Shown here in pieces: positions 37,149 through 49,727 of a stretch of DNA of 51,504 nt. Numbering within the stretch: position 1 is the stretch's first letter; every line of letters starts with the position of its first letter. The notes beneath the pieces were generated by a model. That model saw only the letters and a program-made list of their open reading frames with translations. It was not told where the DNA came from and did not search any database. Origin of the DNA: Octopus bimaculoides. Taxonomy: Eukaryota. Both the position numbers and the translations under genes were made by a program. The stretch is from assembly GCF_001194135.2 (NCBI RefSeq), contig NC_068987.1, positions 55,594,698-55,646,201 of the forward strand. The letters are read 5' to 3'.

Positions 37149-38391
37149 GGAACACGAAGAAATAAATAGAGAGAGAATAAAAAAGCTTTTGGAGTTAGCG
37201 GTCGATCATGGCGACTGGCTGGACAAGGGTAGTTAGACAGGAGAGCTAGGAAGCAGGGGAGATTATAAAGTATTGATGATCCTAAAATGAAGGTGTGCTT
37301 GCCTGTGTGTATGTGAGAGTGTGTAAGTGTGTGCGTGTGGATAGGGGCTGGTGACTTTGACGTGTAGATGTATGCGTGTGTAAGTGTGTGCGTCTGTAAT
37401 GCGTGGGTGTGTGGTGTGTGGCGGTGTTGGGGGTGTGGGGAAGTGAGGGTTGGGTGTGAGTTTGGGGTGAGGATGTATATTTATGTATATATATAGAGAG
37501 AGTGAGACGATAAGAAATGGAGCAATANNNNNNNNNNNNNNNNNNNNNNNNNNNNNNNNNNNNNNNNNNNNNNNNNNNNNNNNNNNNNNNNNNNNNNNNN
37601 NNNNNNNNNNNNNNNNNNNNNNNNNNNNNNNNNNNNNNNNNNNNNNNNNNNNNNNNNNNNNNNNNNNNNNNNNNNNNNNNNNNNNNNNNNNNNNNNNNNN
37701 NNNNNNNNNNNNNNNNNNNNNNNNNNNNNNNNNNNNNNNNNNNNNNNNNNNNNNNNNNNNNNNNNNNNNNNNNNNNNNNNNNNNNNNNNNNNNNNNNNNN
37801 NNNNNNNNNNNNNNNNNNNNNNNNNNNNNNNNNNNNNNNNNNNNNNNNNNNNNNNNNNNNNNNNNNNNNNNNNNNNNNNNNNNNNNNNNNNNNNNNNNNN
37901 NNNNNNNNNNNNNNNNNNNNNNNNNNNNNNNNNNNNNNNNNNNNNNNNNNNNNNNNNNNNNNNNNNNNNNNNNNNNNNNNNNNNNNNNNNNNNNNNNNNN
38001 NNNNNNNNNNNNNNNNNNNNNNNNNNNNNNNNNNNNNNNNNNNNNNNNNNNNNNNNNNNNNNNNNNNNNNNNNNNNNNNNNNNNNNNNNNNNNNNNNNNN
38101 NNNNNNNNNNNNNNNNNNNNNNNNNNNNNNNNNNNNNNNNNNNNNNNNNNNNNNNNNNNNNNNNNNNNNNNNNNNNNNNNNNNNNNNNNNNNNNNNNNNN
38201 NNNNNNNNNNNNNNNNNNNNNNNNNNNNNNNNNNNNNNNNNNNNNNNNNNNNNNNNNNNNNNNNNNNNNNNNNNNNNNNNNNNNNNNNNNNNNNNNNNNN
38301 NNNNNNNNNNNNNNNNNNNNNNNNNNNNNNNNNNNNNNNNNNNNNNNNNNNNNNNNNNNNNNNNNNNNNNNNNNNNNNNNNNNNNNNNNNN

Positions 38392-39490
38392 TGATTCCGA
38401 AAATAATTGCCGATTTCAGAAACAATTTTATTCTGGAAAAAAATTAACAATAGAAATGTTTTGATTAGTCAAAGTATGAGTCGTGAACATCTATGCATCT
38501 CTGTCATCGACCAATGAAATTATTTGTCTCGTTGATGAAAACTCATTGGCTTTGATACTAAGAAATCTTCGAAGGCTGATTCCAACTCTGGTTTGAACCT
38601 GAAAGTATTATCACTTAAACACGTGTTAAAATGCTTAAAAAATGGTAGTCAGTGGGAGAAAGATCAGGAGAATATGGAAGATGTGGTAAAGTCTCGTATC
38701 TGTGAGCTTCTGCAGCGTTATTCTTGCAATATGTGACTTTGCATTATCGTGGAGCAGAATTGGGCCACTCCCATTCACCAATGCAGGTCTCATTTTTTGC
38801 AAGTGAGCATGCATTTCAGCGAGTTGTTAGCAGTAAACCTCTGCTGTAATGTTCTGATTGGCTTCCAGAAAGCTGTTATGAACAACACTAATTGCAGACA
38901 ACCAAAGAGCCACCATAATCTTTTACTGATGCAACTCTGGCTTTGGAAAATGTTTGGGGGACTCATCACGATCAAGACCTGATCGTTTACAGTTATTATA
39001 AAGGATCCACTTTTCGTCAAGAAAAGGATCATTGGTGTTTCGCAGAAAGAGCATCGAACACACTTCAAAACGCCGAAATTTTCGATTTTCATTGAGCTCA
39101 TGCAGTACCCATTTATCCAGCTTTTTCACTTTACGAATCTTCTGCAGATTATGTGAAACCGTTGCAATACGGACACCAAGTCCCTGAAACATTTCTCTGA
39201 CACTTTGACGTGGGTTTTGTTCAACAATTGCTTTCAATTGTTCATTGTCAAGACTGCATGACCGTCCTCTACCTTCTTCATCTTCAAGGCTCTCATCACC
39301 ACTACGGAATTTCTGAAACCACCTCCGTACTGTGCGATCACTTGTGGACCATTTTCTCCATGCTCTGTTGATATTGGCAGCAGTTTGGGAGGCATTGTGC
39401 CCAAGCTTGAACTCATGCAAGAAAAGTATGCGAAAATAATTTTTTGTCGTGTTCATAATTAAGGGCGCCTATACCTCAAGAAAGTTTTCT
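38392..39490 (-). mobile_element. Mariner element (Hsmar1/cecropia-like), decayed; 3' TIR runs into the gap
   Basis: ORF 38923-39456 (LHEFKLGHNASQTAANINRAW...WFQKFRSGDESLEDEEGRGR...KKLDKWVLHEL), LLHDNAKSH and YSPDLSPTDYH; TIR-like aatcggcaattattttcggaatc. Confidence 0.9.
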
Positions 39491-39508
39491 ATCTGAAATA
39501 AGTAGAAA

Positions 39509-39572
<64 letters not shown>

Positions 39573-39660
39573 GTAAAAGAAGAACGAAAATGTTACTTAA
39601 AATTGGGTACGGTTTAATTTTCTTTATATAAATAGATTAAAAGAAGAATGTTTTGGTTTT

Positions 39661-39700
39661 GCTTTACATGTTTCGGTTTTTGAAGAATCTTATCAAAAAT
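39661..39700 (-). ncRNA. Decayed hammerhead-like motif
   Basis: Minus strand: attt-TTGATAA-gatt-cttcaa-aaacc-GAAAC-at-GTA-aagc; palindromic ACATGT; similar to 19962. Confidence 0.35.
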
Positions 39701-40163
39701 ATGTAGTAAAATGGAATACGTAGAGAGAAAAGCGCTATCAATAAAATTAAATAAAAATTTTAATTAAAATAAACATTCATAGCTTACTTGCTTACTTTCC
39801 TTTTTCTGTAAGAGCACGTGGTAATTTCCGTTAATTTTCGTGGCATGACAAGTTGTACTGTCTGTGACGCCAAAATACTACTATCTGTGATGGCAAATTA
39901 AATAGTGTGGTCAAGAATTTTTTCTATAGGAGTAGCTATTGCAGTCGAATAACTAGCAGCAGTAATAATAATAGTCGTCGTGGTGAAGTTTTTTTCCCTG
40001 GGGTTTTAATAGAAATCGCGTTCTTCGACACCTTGTCTTTATTTCTTATGAATAACTGGCATATCCATATATCCATATATATACATACACACACATATAT
40101 ACACTCTCCAATATGCACATGTACATATATGAACACATACACACATACAGATACATACACGCA

Positions 40164-40198
<35 letters not shown>

Positions 40199-40236
40199 AT
40201 ATATATACATACATACATATATACACACATACACGT

Positions 40237-40295
<59 letters not shown>

Positions 40296-40369
40296 CATAC
40301 ATAAACACTTACATACACATATATACACACATACATACATATATATAGAAAAAAGTCTCAATGTTGCGA

Positions 40370-42717
40370 GTTTAAAGAATTTGGACTCTTGATATTTTCT
40401 TATGAAATGCACTTACTTGCTAATGCGTTCATTTTGGCTAGCATTGTCTTTGAATTTGTATAATAGAAACGTTGTGAGGTATTTTCCTGTATTCTGGAAT
40501 CCTAATTTGAGATTTGTGCACCGCCATCCTCTGACGTAGGCTGTTTTTTGTATGTCCAATATATTGCCGTTTACATCACGAGCTTGTAATTAAGTAAATC
40601 AAGTTCTCCGATGCACACGTAAAATTATTTTTTGCGATAAAATTATGGCCTTGTTCTAATCGGTGTTCTGATCCTTCTATTATGTTGATACAGATCTCAC
40701 AGTTGGGTTTCCCGCACTTTTTTACTGTCGACTTTGTGGTTATTGTTGAATGTAATTTGACTTGGGTTGAAATCTGTTTCATTGACTTTGGTTGTCTGTT
40801 ACTTTTGATGATTGTGTGTGTTTTGAAGATTTGATTCATCTTTGAGTCTCTCTTGTAGAGAGAGAGAGAGTAGAGCTGTGCTGTGGTGTATAGTGTTGAA
40901 GGCCTCATTGTTATGTGGGTTGTGCGTGGAAATGTAAGGCAAGGTTTTCAATGTTTCTTCCTTCTTTGGTCTTGGTTGTCTAAGTTCTTGTGTATTTAGT
41001 TTAAGTACTCGTTGGATCATATTGTCGATTAAGAGTTGCGGGTAATTCCTATTGATGAGTGAGGTTTTCAATTCCTGGAGCCGTGTGTAATGGGTGTTTG
41101 TGTCAGATACTATTGTGCATATTCTTTTGGCTAAACAAAATGGGATATTCATCCTGGTGTGTCTCGGGTGGTAAGAATCAAATGGCAGGTACTGTTCCGA
41201 GTCCATGGGTTTGTAATAGATATGTCTCTATTTTGTTCCCGACTTTCTTAATAAAGATATCTAAAAACGGTAATTGCTTCTGGTTGTACTCTATCGTAAA
41301 TTGGAGGTTTTCATTTATTCCATTTAGAAGTGTTTGGAATTCGTTAAGTTTTTCTATACTTTCATTCCAGAGGATGAAGCTCTCATCGAGATATCTTTTC
41401 CAGTTGTTTTGAATGTAGGTTGAAAAGGAGTTTCCATATTTTACGGGTATTCTCTGGTATAGTTTAATTTCGAGATAGTCCTTTATCAGGTTCGCAAAAG
41501 AAGGTGCAGTCCGTGTTCCCATTGCTGTTCCCGATTTTTGTCGGAAGTAGTCATTGTTAAATATAAAATAATTGTTTTCTAGGATAAATCTTAGTCCTTC
41601 TATTATGAGTTCCTTTTTAATGCGAGAGTAGGGAGTTCATAGGTTTAATTGTCTTACCAAAATGTGATGACTTCTATTCCTAGGGTGTGGGGGATGTTTG
41701 AATATAGGTTGACTACGTCGAAGGATACTAGCAGTGTTTTTTGGGAGGTGGTTGAGCATGTCCAGATCATCCCTTATATAGCTCTTGATGTGTTGAGGAA
41801 GGGTTTCCTTAGAGTGTCCTGGAGGCTGCTGAAGCAGTAGGTTTCGCATGCTGGACCTGCTATTATTAGTCTTAGTTTCAGGTCATCAGGTGAGAGGACC
41901 TTGATTATGTCTGTAGCTTCTTTGCATGCCTCGCTTATTATTCTGCTTTTGTGGATTTTGGAGATACCGTAGATTTAACTTGTTTTAATCTTGACATTAG
42001 TAATGTAGTCGTATTCCTTGTCTGTGAGTCCTTCTCGGTATGAGTTAATTAATGTCCTGAGATTATTCATTATTTTATGTTGGCTATAGTGTTGGGCATT
42101 TTCGTAATATGTCTCATCTCCTAATAGAGATAGTACTAGACTTTTATAGTCCTTCGTGTTCATTAGAACTACTGCGTTACCTTTATCTACCACTTTGATT
42201 GTTATGGTCTTATCTTCTTTTATGGAACGACCTTCGTTAAGGTCGTTCCATTCTCTTTTGTTGAAATTTGGTCTGTGTTTTTGTTTATTTGTGAGTTGAT
42301 AAGGGTAATTGGTGATGTGCTTACAGAATTGGTCGAGAACTTTATCCTTTCCTTTGGTTGGGGTGTAGTTGCTGCTATTTCTAGCTATTGAATCGCCGTC
42401 GATGTGTTTCTCATAAAATTCCTCGGCTAGTCTTAATTTTCTACAAAATTCAGAAATATCGTCTTTCATTTCATGGTAATTTGGTCGTCGGTGTAAATTT
42501 TAGCCCTTTGGATATTATGCTTATCTGGTTGGGTGTAAGTTCTTTATTAGAGAGACTGACTATTTTAATCCCCTGTGGTTTCTTTGGTAAGTTTGGTGCC
42601 ATCGTGTATCCCTGTTTCTGTGTACTGGGTCTAAAAAATGGTTGGTGTGGTTGGGTTCAATAGTGTTGTTTATCTGTCTCCTGTTGCTGAAATTTTTTAT
42701 TGTGGGTTTGTGGTGTA

Positions 42718-42720
<3 letters not shown>
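40370..42720 (-). mobile_element. Penelope-like retroelement (RT + GIY-YIG), pseudogenised
   Basis: SLSNKELTPNQISIISKGLKFTPT; VDKGNAVVLMN; MGTRTAPSFANL; WKRYLDE; LPFLDI; QYLPFDSYHP; linker CGKPNCEIC; FTCASENLIYLITSS*CKRQYIGHT..SLRQRMAVH. Confidence 0.92.
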
Positions 42721-42766
<46 letters not shown>

Positions 42767-42789
42767 CAAGCCTAAAATGATACGCACTC

Positions 42790-43650
42790 TTGTTTCTGTA
42801 ATTTATTAGAAGAAAAGCAGGAGTTGAACAATCAGATCATTTTTCGACATAGTCTCCTTACTTTTCGATGCGCTTCTTCCAGGAGTCCATAATCCTGTTT
42901 ATTCCATCGTCGCGTAGCTCTTTATGCACCACTTCCTGCGATTCTTCATGTGTAGCTAATCGGCGAACTCGCAGAGGATGCTTGAGCGGTACAGAGGTGA
43001 AAGTTGGTAGGAGCGAGACCTGTAACTCGAAACCAAATTTTTCAAAGGTTTTGACTGTGTGGGCGACCGTATGTGGATGTGCATTGTTGTGCCATAATAA
43101 CTCTTGCATTGACAATAGACCTCGGCGTTTGGTGCGAATCGCTGGTTTCAGTTTGTTGGCCAGTATTTTGCTGTAGCCTACACTGGTGTTTTAGGACCCT
43201 GTTCCAGGTAATGTGTCAGTATAGGCTCTTTTGCCATCCATGAAACAGTTAGCATCACTTTTTTCTGCAGAAGATAGTCTTAAATTTCATTTTCTTTTAC
43301 ATTTCCGGGTGTTTCCACTCCATACTCTGCCTTTTGGATTCTGGCCCAAAGTGGTGGACTCAGATCTCATCTCCTGTGACTATTCTATACATAAAAGCTT
43401 CGCTTTTATCACTGTGGCGGTCGTATAAACAATGACAGATCTCCACACAATTCTAGTTATGCGTTTCCATTAGCTCTCTCGGAACCCATTTCGCACAAGC
43501 TTTACAGAAGCGAAGTTTGTGGATGATTTCGTATGCAGAACTATGAATAACTAGCAAACTCACCCGTCCTTTGGATGGTATGATTTTATTATAATGGCCC
43601 TTGCAATGGACATTAAAGCAGTATTCAAAGTGTGACGATTTGCACACTGT
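42790..43650 (-). mobile_element. Decayed mariner remnant in two blocks
   Basis: LRFCKACAKWVPREL (43450-43520); KLKPAIRTKRRGLLS..LLWHNNAHPHT and GINRIMDSWKKRIEK*GDYVEK (42840-43160). Confidence 0.8.
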
Positions 43651-43970
43651 GCTGGTGACTCTGCAGCCCTTTCAGTAGCGGTAGTTTTAGCATTACGTGC
43701 TTTCCGGGCAGTGCGTTGTTGTGATGACTGTGAAACCCTTGCAACAGCAGTAGTTTCAGCATTACGCTTTCATCGGGCTGTGCGCTGTTGTGGAGAGTCA
43801 TCAGCCGTTGTAGCTGAAGCATTTTTGACAAGACATGCCAACCGAATAGCCTGTTGTTGAGGTGACTCGGTAGCCCTTGCAACAGAAGCATTTTTGGCAA
43901 GATACGCCAACAGGATAGTCCGTTGTTGAGATGACTCGGTAGCCCTGGCGGCAGCAACAGTTGCAGCATT
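43632..43970 (-). pseudogene. Fragment with exact 69-bp (23-aa) STPR-like repeats, probably a Helitron RepHel N-terminus
   Basis: Units start at 43937, 43868, 43799, 43730 and 43661: ESSQQRTILLAYLAKNASVARAT / ESPQQQAIRLACLVKNASATTAD / DSPQQRTAR*KRNAETTAVARVS / QSSQQRTARKARNAKTTATERAA / ESPAQ. Confidence 0.7.
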
Positions 43971-44011
43971 ACAGCATTACATATACATATGTACACACAC
44001 ACACACACACG

Positions 44012-44060
<49 letters not shown>

Positions 44061-44067
44061 GTATGTA

Positions 44068-44345
44068 TTGTTCTATTTCAGGATGGTCATTTTTACCTTG
44101 CCAAATAAACACACGCATTACATAATCGTTCTTCACTCGTTAATTATTGTTCCTATTTTATTTTATGCCCATTGTCTGGAAACCTTTCGTCACACATCTG
44201 TGACCTCTTCAGTGAACCTCACAGGAAGAATATCCAGACAGTAGGCATAAGATAAAATAGGAACAATAACAAACGAGTGAAGTACGAATACGTAGCGCGT
44301 GTGTTTGTTTGAGAAGAAAAACATAACCGTTCCGAAATATAACAA
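44068..44345. mobile_element. Fold-back element with ~113-bp inverted arms and a hammerhead-like core in the 52-nt loop (minus strand)
   Basis: 44102-44180 vs 44233-44311 differ at about 11 of 79 positions; loop on minus strand: ttca-CTGAAGA-g-GTCACA-gatg-TGTGAC-GAAA-ggtt-tccag. Confidence 0.8.
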
Positions 44346-44399
44346 CATCTGTTTGAACACACGATTTTATATGAAGAGATTTGATAATGTGAACTATTT

Positions 44400-44680
44400 T
44401 CCTTCCATGGGATACGTTACTTGTGTGGTACAGGGTTGAATCTTCTTGAAAGGAATTTCATTTCTCTTCCAATCAATTCCTTTGTTGACATAGAAGGTTA
44501 ATATACCCTTTTCGAGTATTTGGAAATATTTTTTTAGCATATAAATGATTTCCTATGCAAATGACTGTTATCTGCTTGTCATCAAAACTGCTTCCATACC
44601 ATACCAATTTCAAATCCTCAATATTTGCATACAATCTGGGTTCCATGATTCGGCTTCCTTGTGCCACACATATATTTGCT
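44400..44680 (-). pseudogene. Possible CR1/L2-like LINE RT remnant
   Basis: CVAQGSRIMEPRLYANIEDL then SSFDDKQI resemble GVPQGS.LGPLL...INDL and YADD motifs; weak. Confidence 0.3.
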
Positions 44681-44734
44681 TTGAATTGGAAAATTAGCTC
44701 TAATTTATAATTTTCGGACTATATTATTGAAGTC

Positions 44735-45015
44735 GCACAGTTAATGATTGAGTGTTGCACTCACGATCGCAGGACCGTGGTTTCAATTCCTGGACTTGGC
44801 GGTGCGTTATGTTCTTGAACAGAACACTAAATTTCACACTGCACTAGTAAAATCAGCTGTAGATGAGTAACCCTATCTTAGGGTCACTCTATTTGGGGGT
44901 ATGTTATCCTGCCTTCATAGCTGGTGGGATAGCATCATTTAAAAGCTACAACAATGCAAGGAAGTGCATTGTAACTAGCAACGTATAACATCATCCGATA
45001 AACTGGTCGATAGAG
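44735..45015 (+). mobile_element. Degenerate tRNA-derived SINE
   Basis: gagtgttgcactcacgatcgcaggaccgtggtttcaattcctgg head; gttcttgaacagaacactaaatttcac body. Confidence 0.6.
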
Positions 45016-46244
45016 TAAAACAAGGATCACTGACAACTAAATCTCGTCTTTCTTATCACTGATCTCTTTAGTCTATTGAACACTTTGGTTTCATTAGCTT
45101 TTGAAATATTTGATTCTTTTTTGCAAGTCTTCATACTATCCAGTGTATTTTAATATACTGTTCTTACACATTATGGCGACGTATCCTAAGAAATTTGCAA
45201 CCTGTCTAACCGTTGAGAGCCGTCTTCTAATTCCTCTTAGAAACTGTCTACGACCTCCTTTCTCCGATTTCTAATTTACTCACCAAAGCTCTTCTTCAAT
45301 CCATATTTGCTCCAAGTGGGAAATGACGGAAATTATTGCATTCGTCCTTTTATCTCTAATACGGACATTTCCCATGTAACAACAAGAAAGAAATTACCGA
45401 TTCAACAGACTAAACCAGTGGATAAACAAAGAAAGTGAAAGTGTTAAAATGATGCAAATTTGTCTTAATAGTGTGAGCGAAATAACTGTAATTTTTAAGG
45501 CATGGGTATATAAAAAAATAAGCATTTATCAAAACATTTAACAAATCTATCGTTATCATTTCGACAGAAAGGTTTACTTTAGTAGTCTGTTTGTTGTCTC
45601 CTTTCGTTATCTTTATGCCAATATAGATTCCATGAAAAAAATTATCAGTTAATTCCTGATTGAAAATTTTGATATATTAGCAAGTTTTATGAAACATAAA
45701 AATTTTGATAGAGGATACAGGCGTTAAAATATAGCTAATTCATCTGATCAAAATTCAACTGCTTTCTATTTTATTATTCACAACACCTTACAGTTCAGTT
45801 GTTTGAAGCATTCAAGCAGAATGTTTCATATTGCATACCTTATCATCAACTTCACTGTATCAACAACATGTATTGTATCTAAAAGGCTACACTTTAATCA
45901 TAAACAGAATTAATGATATATTTCTTGGCTATAAGATTTTTCTTCCTTATTGCAAAGCAGTAGAGGTGGAGGCTAAATCGATAACTCTCCACACCATCAT
46001 GTTATTGATTTCGTAAATTAAGAAGGTGAAATGATTCAAATAATAGACGCTGTAACTAAGTGCAGAACAGTTTTTATTTACGTCTCTTTCTGTCCTGGGA
46101 TCAAATTCGCTTAGGTTTTATTTTGAATCTTATATATCATAAAATTTTGTATGTTTGTGTGTGAATGTGTGTGAGTGTGTGTAAAGGTAATAGGTATACA
46201 AAAGTTACAGTCTTTGTGATGGCCAACTCAGATATGTTGTGGGA

Positions 46245-46252
46245 GAGAGACT

Positions 46253-46290
<38 letters not shown>

Positions 46291-46572
46291 GAGAGTGAGA
46301 AAGAGAAAGAGAGAGAGAGAGAAAGGGAAGCAAGAAGAGTGATCAATTATGGGGAGGGAGATAGTGAATTGTAGTACATAGAGAACAATGATATGCAGAG
46401 CAAAGATAAGCGCAGAGAAAGAGAGAGAACGAAAGAGAGAGAGACAAACAGGCAGAAAAAGATAGAGAAAGAGCGAATGAGAGAGTGACACAGCGAGACA
46501 GAAAGAAAGAGAGAAAGAACAGAGTGGGAGAAAGGGAGAGAAACCTTGTGTGTGCGTGCGAGTGAGCGAGCG

Positions 46573-46642
<70 letters not shown>
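46245..46642 (+). repeat. GA-rich low-complexity / (GA)n microsatellite region
   Basis: Direct reading. Confidence 0.9.
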
Positions 46643-46646
<4 letters not shown>

Positions 46647-47645
46647 TGTGCGTACATATGGAACTAAGGCATCAGTTTCTAATTCTAAGTTTCAAATAAC
46701 TCGAGTTTCGGCGTGGTGAGTAGCCCTTAATATGTCTATGAATGAATCACTTAAACACACGTACGCACACATACATACATGTACTCATATGCACATACAA
46801 ACACACGCACATATGCACATGGTCACATATCGACATCCACACATAAATATACATTAACTACAAAAAATGAAAACCTAGACAAATAAATATCCAAGAATAC
46901 GTTTCAATGACAATGCATTCGTTTGACTGATAAACTCTTTGCTAAATCTGTTCTAGAATCAGATCAGAACTACTCAGCAACAAGTGTACAAGCAAAATCA
47001 AAAGCAATAAAGTTTATGAGTGATAGTTATTCAAATCAGACACGCAAACATTCAGTGCTGTCTAAATAGATAGATTCATACATAGATCTCTAGATAAGTA
47101 TCTAGGCATGTTGATAGGTAGGGAAGTAGTTAGCTAAATACAATGATAGATAGATAGAGCAGTAAGAAGTTAGATACGTTGGCGGAATATTGGAGGAGTC
47201 CGGAACACCAATTCACTGTCTAGGAATTGAACCCCAATCACTGTGTTCAGACGTAAAAATAACTTTCAACAGGGTAGACGCATTAAGAAGTTACTACAAT
47301 CAGTAGCTGTACTAACCGGCAAAAGCATTATGAACTAGAATCCCAGTTGTGAACGACGTACTGTAGTATCATTTGCGATTTTGTCTTTGGCGCCTTTTAT
47401 GACAGACTATTAGGTATATATAGACCTTTTAATTGGTAACTAATAAGTGGTCGTGAACAGCTAACATGTGAGCAGAGTTTATTTCTCATAATATATATTA
47501 AGGGATATACCTAAAGATTCTAGTCGTCACTGCGTTCTTAAATTAATCAAATAAAAGTCTCTAATATTCCAATGTCTCAAATGCCTCTAATATGCAAATC
47601 AGTCGACCTGATTTAGATAAAAATGGCTTCAGAATGTGGAATATT

Positions 47646-47692
47646 CAATTACTGATGAAGTTTAATAAACTACAAACGGCTGTGTCCAGTTG
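47646..47692 (+). ncRNA. Decayed hammerhead-like motif
   Basis: caatta-CTGATGA-AGTTT-aat-AAACT-acaaac-ggctgt-GTC-cagttg; GAAA box altered. Confidence 0.4.
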
Positions 47693-47752
47693 GTCTCTCG
47701 CTTGTTGATCATAGTAAATATGACAACCATTTCCCACTGTCTTGTGTATCTA

Positions 47753-48944
47753 TTAGGTTGGCAACTAAGTTCCCGAGTTTTTTTAATTCAAATTTTTTAA
47801 AAGGTTTAATAAAAAATTACTAATTAATCAAAAAATGTATTCACCCTTGTTGTTTACAACTTCTTCCCAACGTTCAACAAGATTTTCAATACCTCGTCGA
47901 TAGAAATCACCCGATTTCGACTCGAAAATTTGATCCAACCAAACTCTCAATTCTGCATCAGTTTTGAACGAAACTCCACGCATAACATTTGAAAGAAATC
48001 AAAAGAGGTGGAAATCCGTTGGTGCCAAATCAGGAAAGTACGGCGGGTGTGGCAGCACTTCCCAGCCATGCGTTTGAATGCTTCCTTGGTCATATTAGCT
48101 ATATGAGGACGGGTGTTGTCGTGCAGCAGAAGAACTCCATGCTGCCGATTAGGTCTTTTCTCTTGAATAACCGTGTTGAGTCGTTCCATCTGTTGAAAAT
48201 AGAGTTCCGCGTTGACTGTTCGGTTTTGTTCAAGCAATTCGCAATGGATAATCCCTTCCAGTCCCACCATACGCACAACATCGTTTAACGCGGATGAAGA
48301 GCATGTTTCACGCGCGGTGTCGCTTGTTTACCGGGGCTAAGCTATTCCTTACGCTTCTTCTTATTGATTTACAGGCACCATTTTTCGTCGCCAGTAACGC
48401 TTAGGTAAAGAAATCATTGTTTGTGTCCATGAGTTGAGCGGTGACGAGCAAGCAAACCAGCGGAGATTGTGGCTCGTTGATTTTTGTTGTCACTTAAAGC
48501 ATGCGGAACCCATCCTCCATACTTCTGAACCTTTCCCATCGAGTGAAGATTCTTCTCTATAGCCGTGTGGGAGCATTCCATTCTCTCTGCCAGTTCCCTT
48601 GTCGTTTGACGAGAATTTTTATGCAAAATTGGTTTAATCGCTCTTCATTGAACTCAACTGGACGGCCAGAACGAGGTGCGTCTTTGAAGTCAAAATTTCC
48701 ATTTTTGAACTTGGCATACCAATCACAAGCAGTTCTTTCAGCTATGGCACCCTCTCCATACACAGCACAAATGTCGCAAGCAGCTTTTGCGGCATTNNNN
48801 NNNNNNAAAAAACAAAACAAAATAGATTCCAAAATGATTCAAAAATAGAATTCTCGAAAAAACAAAAAAAAGATTCCAAAATTTAAAAACGCAATAAATT
48901 CGAAAATTTAAAAAAAAACGGTGGGAACTTAGTTGCCAACCCAA
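47753..48944 (-). mobile_element. Mariner element with both TIRs and TA TSD
   Basis: TIRs ttaggttggcaactaagttccc / gggaacttagttgccaacccaa; TA at 47751-52 and 48945-46; 1192 bp. Confidence 0.95.
47830..48832 (-). pseudogene. Mariner transposase pseudogene (frameshifted)
   Basis: NAAKAACDICAVYGEGA, KVQKYGGWVPHALS, VTGDEKWCL, MLCVWWD, LLLHDNTRPH, PYFPDLAPTDFHLF, GIENLVERWEEVVNNKGEYIF. Confidence 0.92.
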
Positions 48945-49070
48945 TAGTAAATTTAATTTATTTAATTAATTTACAAACGCAATAACAGCTAAATCTTAAG
49001 GTATATCGTAAAATAATCTTTAGGTGAGGTAGACAGAGTTATATAGTGACAAGCAGATAGATAGATCGAC

Positions 49071-49110
<40 letters not shown>

Positions 49111-49667
49111 GCAAAAATATACAAATAGATACGTAAATAGAAAGATAATTAAAAAGAGACAAAGAAAGAAATGTTTTGCATATAATTATTCTTGGTTAAA
49201 TGAATAACTGGCACGGTTAATTTGACAGTTTTCAGGAAATGGGCTGGGGATAACACCCACTAGAATCGGGTTATTCATGCAGAGTTGTGCAGGGTTACGC
49301 TGCATATACAGCAATAATAGCTACAACAAGAATAGCAATGAACTGTAATAGCAACGAAATTATCGAAACTCAAAACACGCATACTCACACTCACACATAC
49401 ATGACACATACGCAACACTTTGAGATACTAAATTGCAAACGAAATTACATTCCTCCTCCCTGTCCCTGTCTCTGTCGCTCAGTCTCTCTCTGTCCCTCTT
49501 TCGCTTTCTATTCCCTTTTGTCCTCCTCTCTTTTCTCTAGTCTATCTTTCTCCCTTTATTTCTCTTACAAACATGCAATGGCATTACAGAGACAAAACAA
49601 ATCAGAGTGGGATTTAATTGTTATCATTATTGTAGAACGAATAATGATGATGATGATGATGATGATG

Positions 49668-49727
<60 letters not shown>

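Noticed and set aside
40576-40580. In-frame TGA in the PLE GIY-YIG (LITSS*CKRQYIG) as a selenocysteine codon, as described for some Naiad PLEs
   Set aside because: The TGA aligns to the third (Gly-like) position of CxxC, not a Cys; a GGA>TGA nonsense change is simpler in an element with many other disablements.
43625-44014. 129-aa minus-strand ORF (MLQLLLPPGLPSHLNN...)
   Set aside because: Shadow frame of the 69-bp repeat; the STPR-like reading is in another frame.
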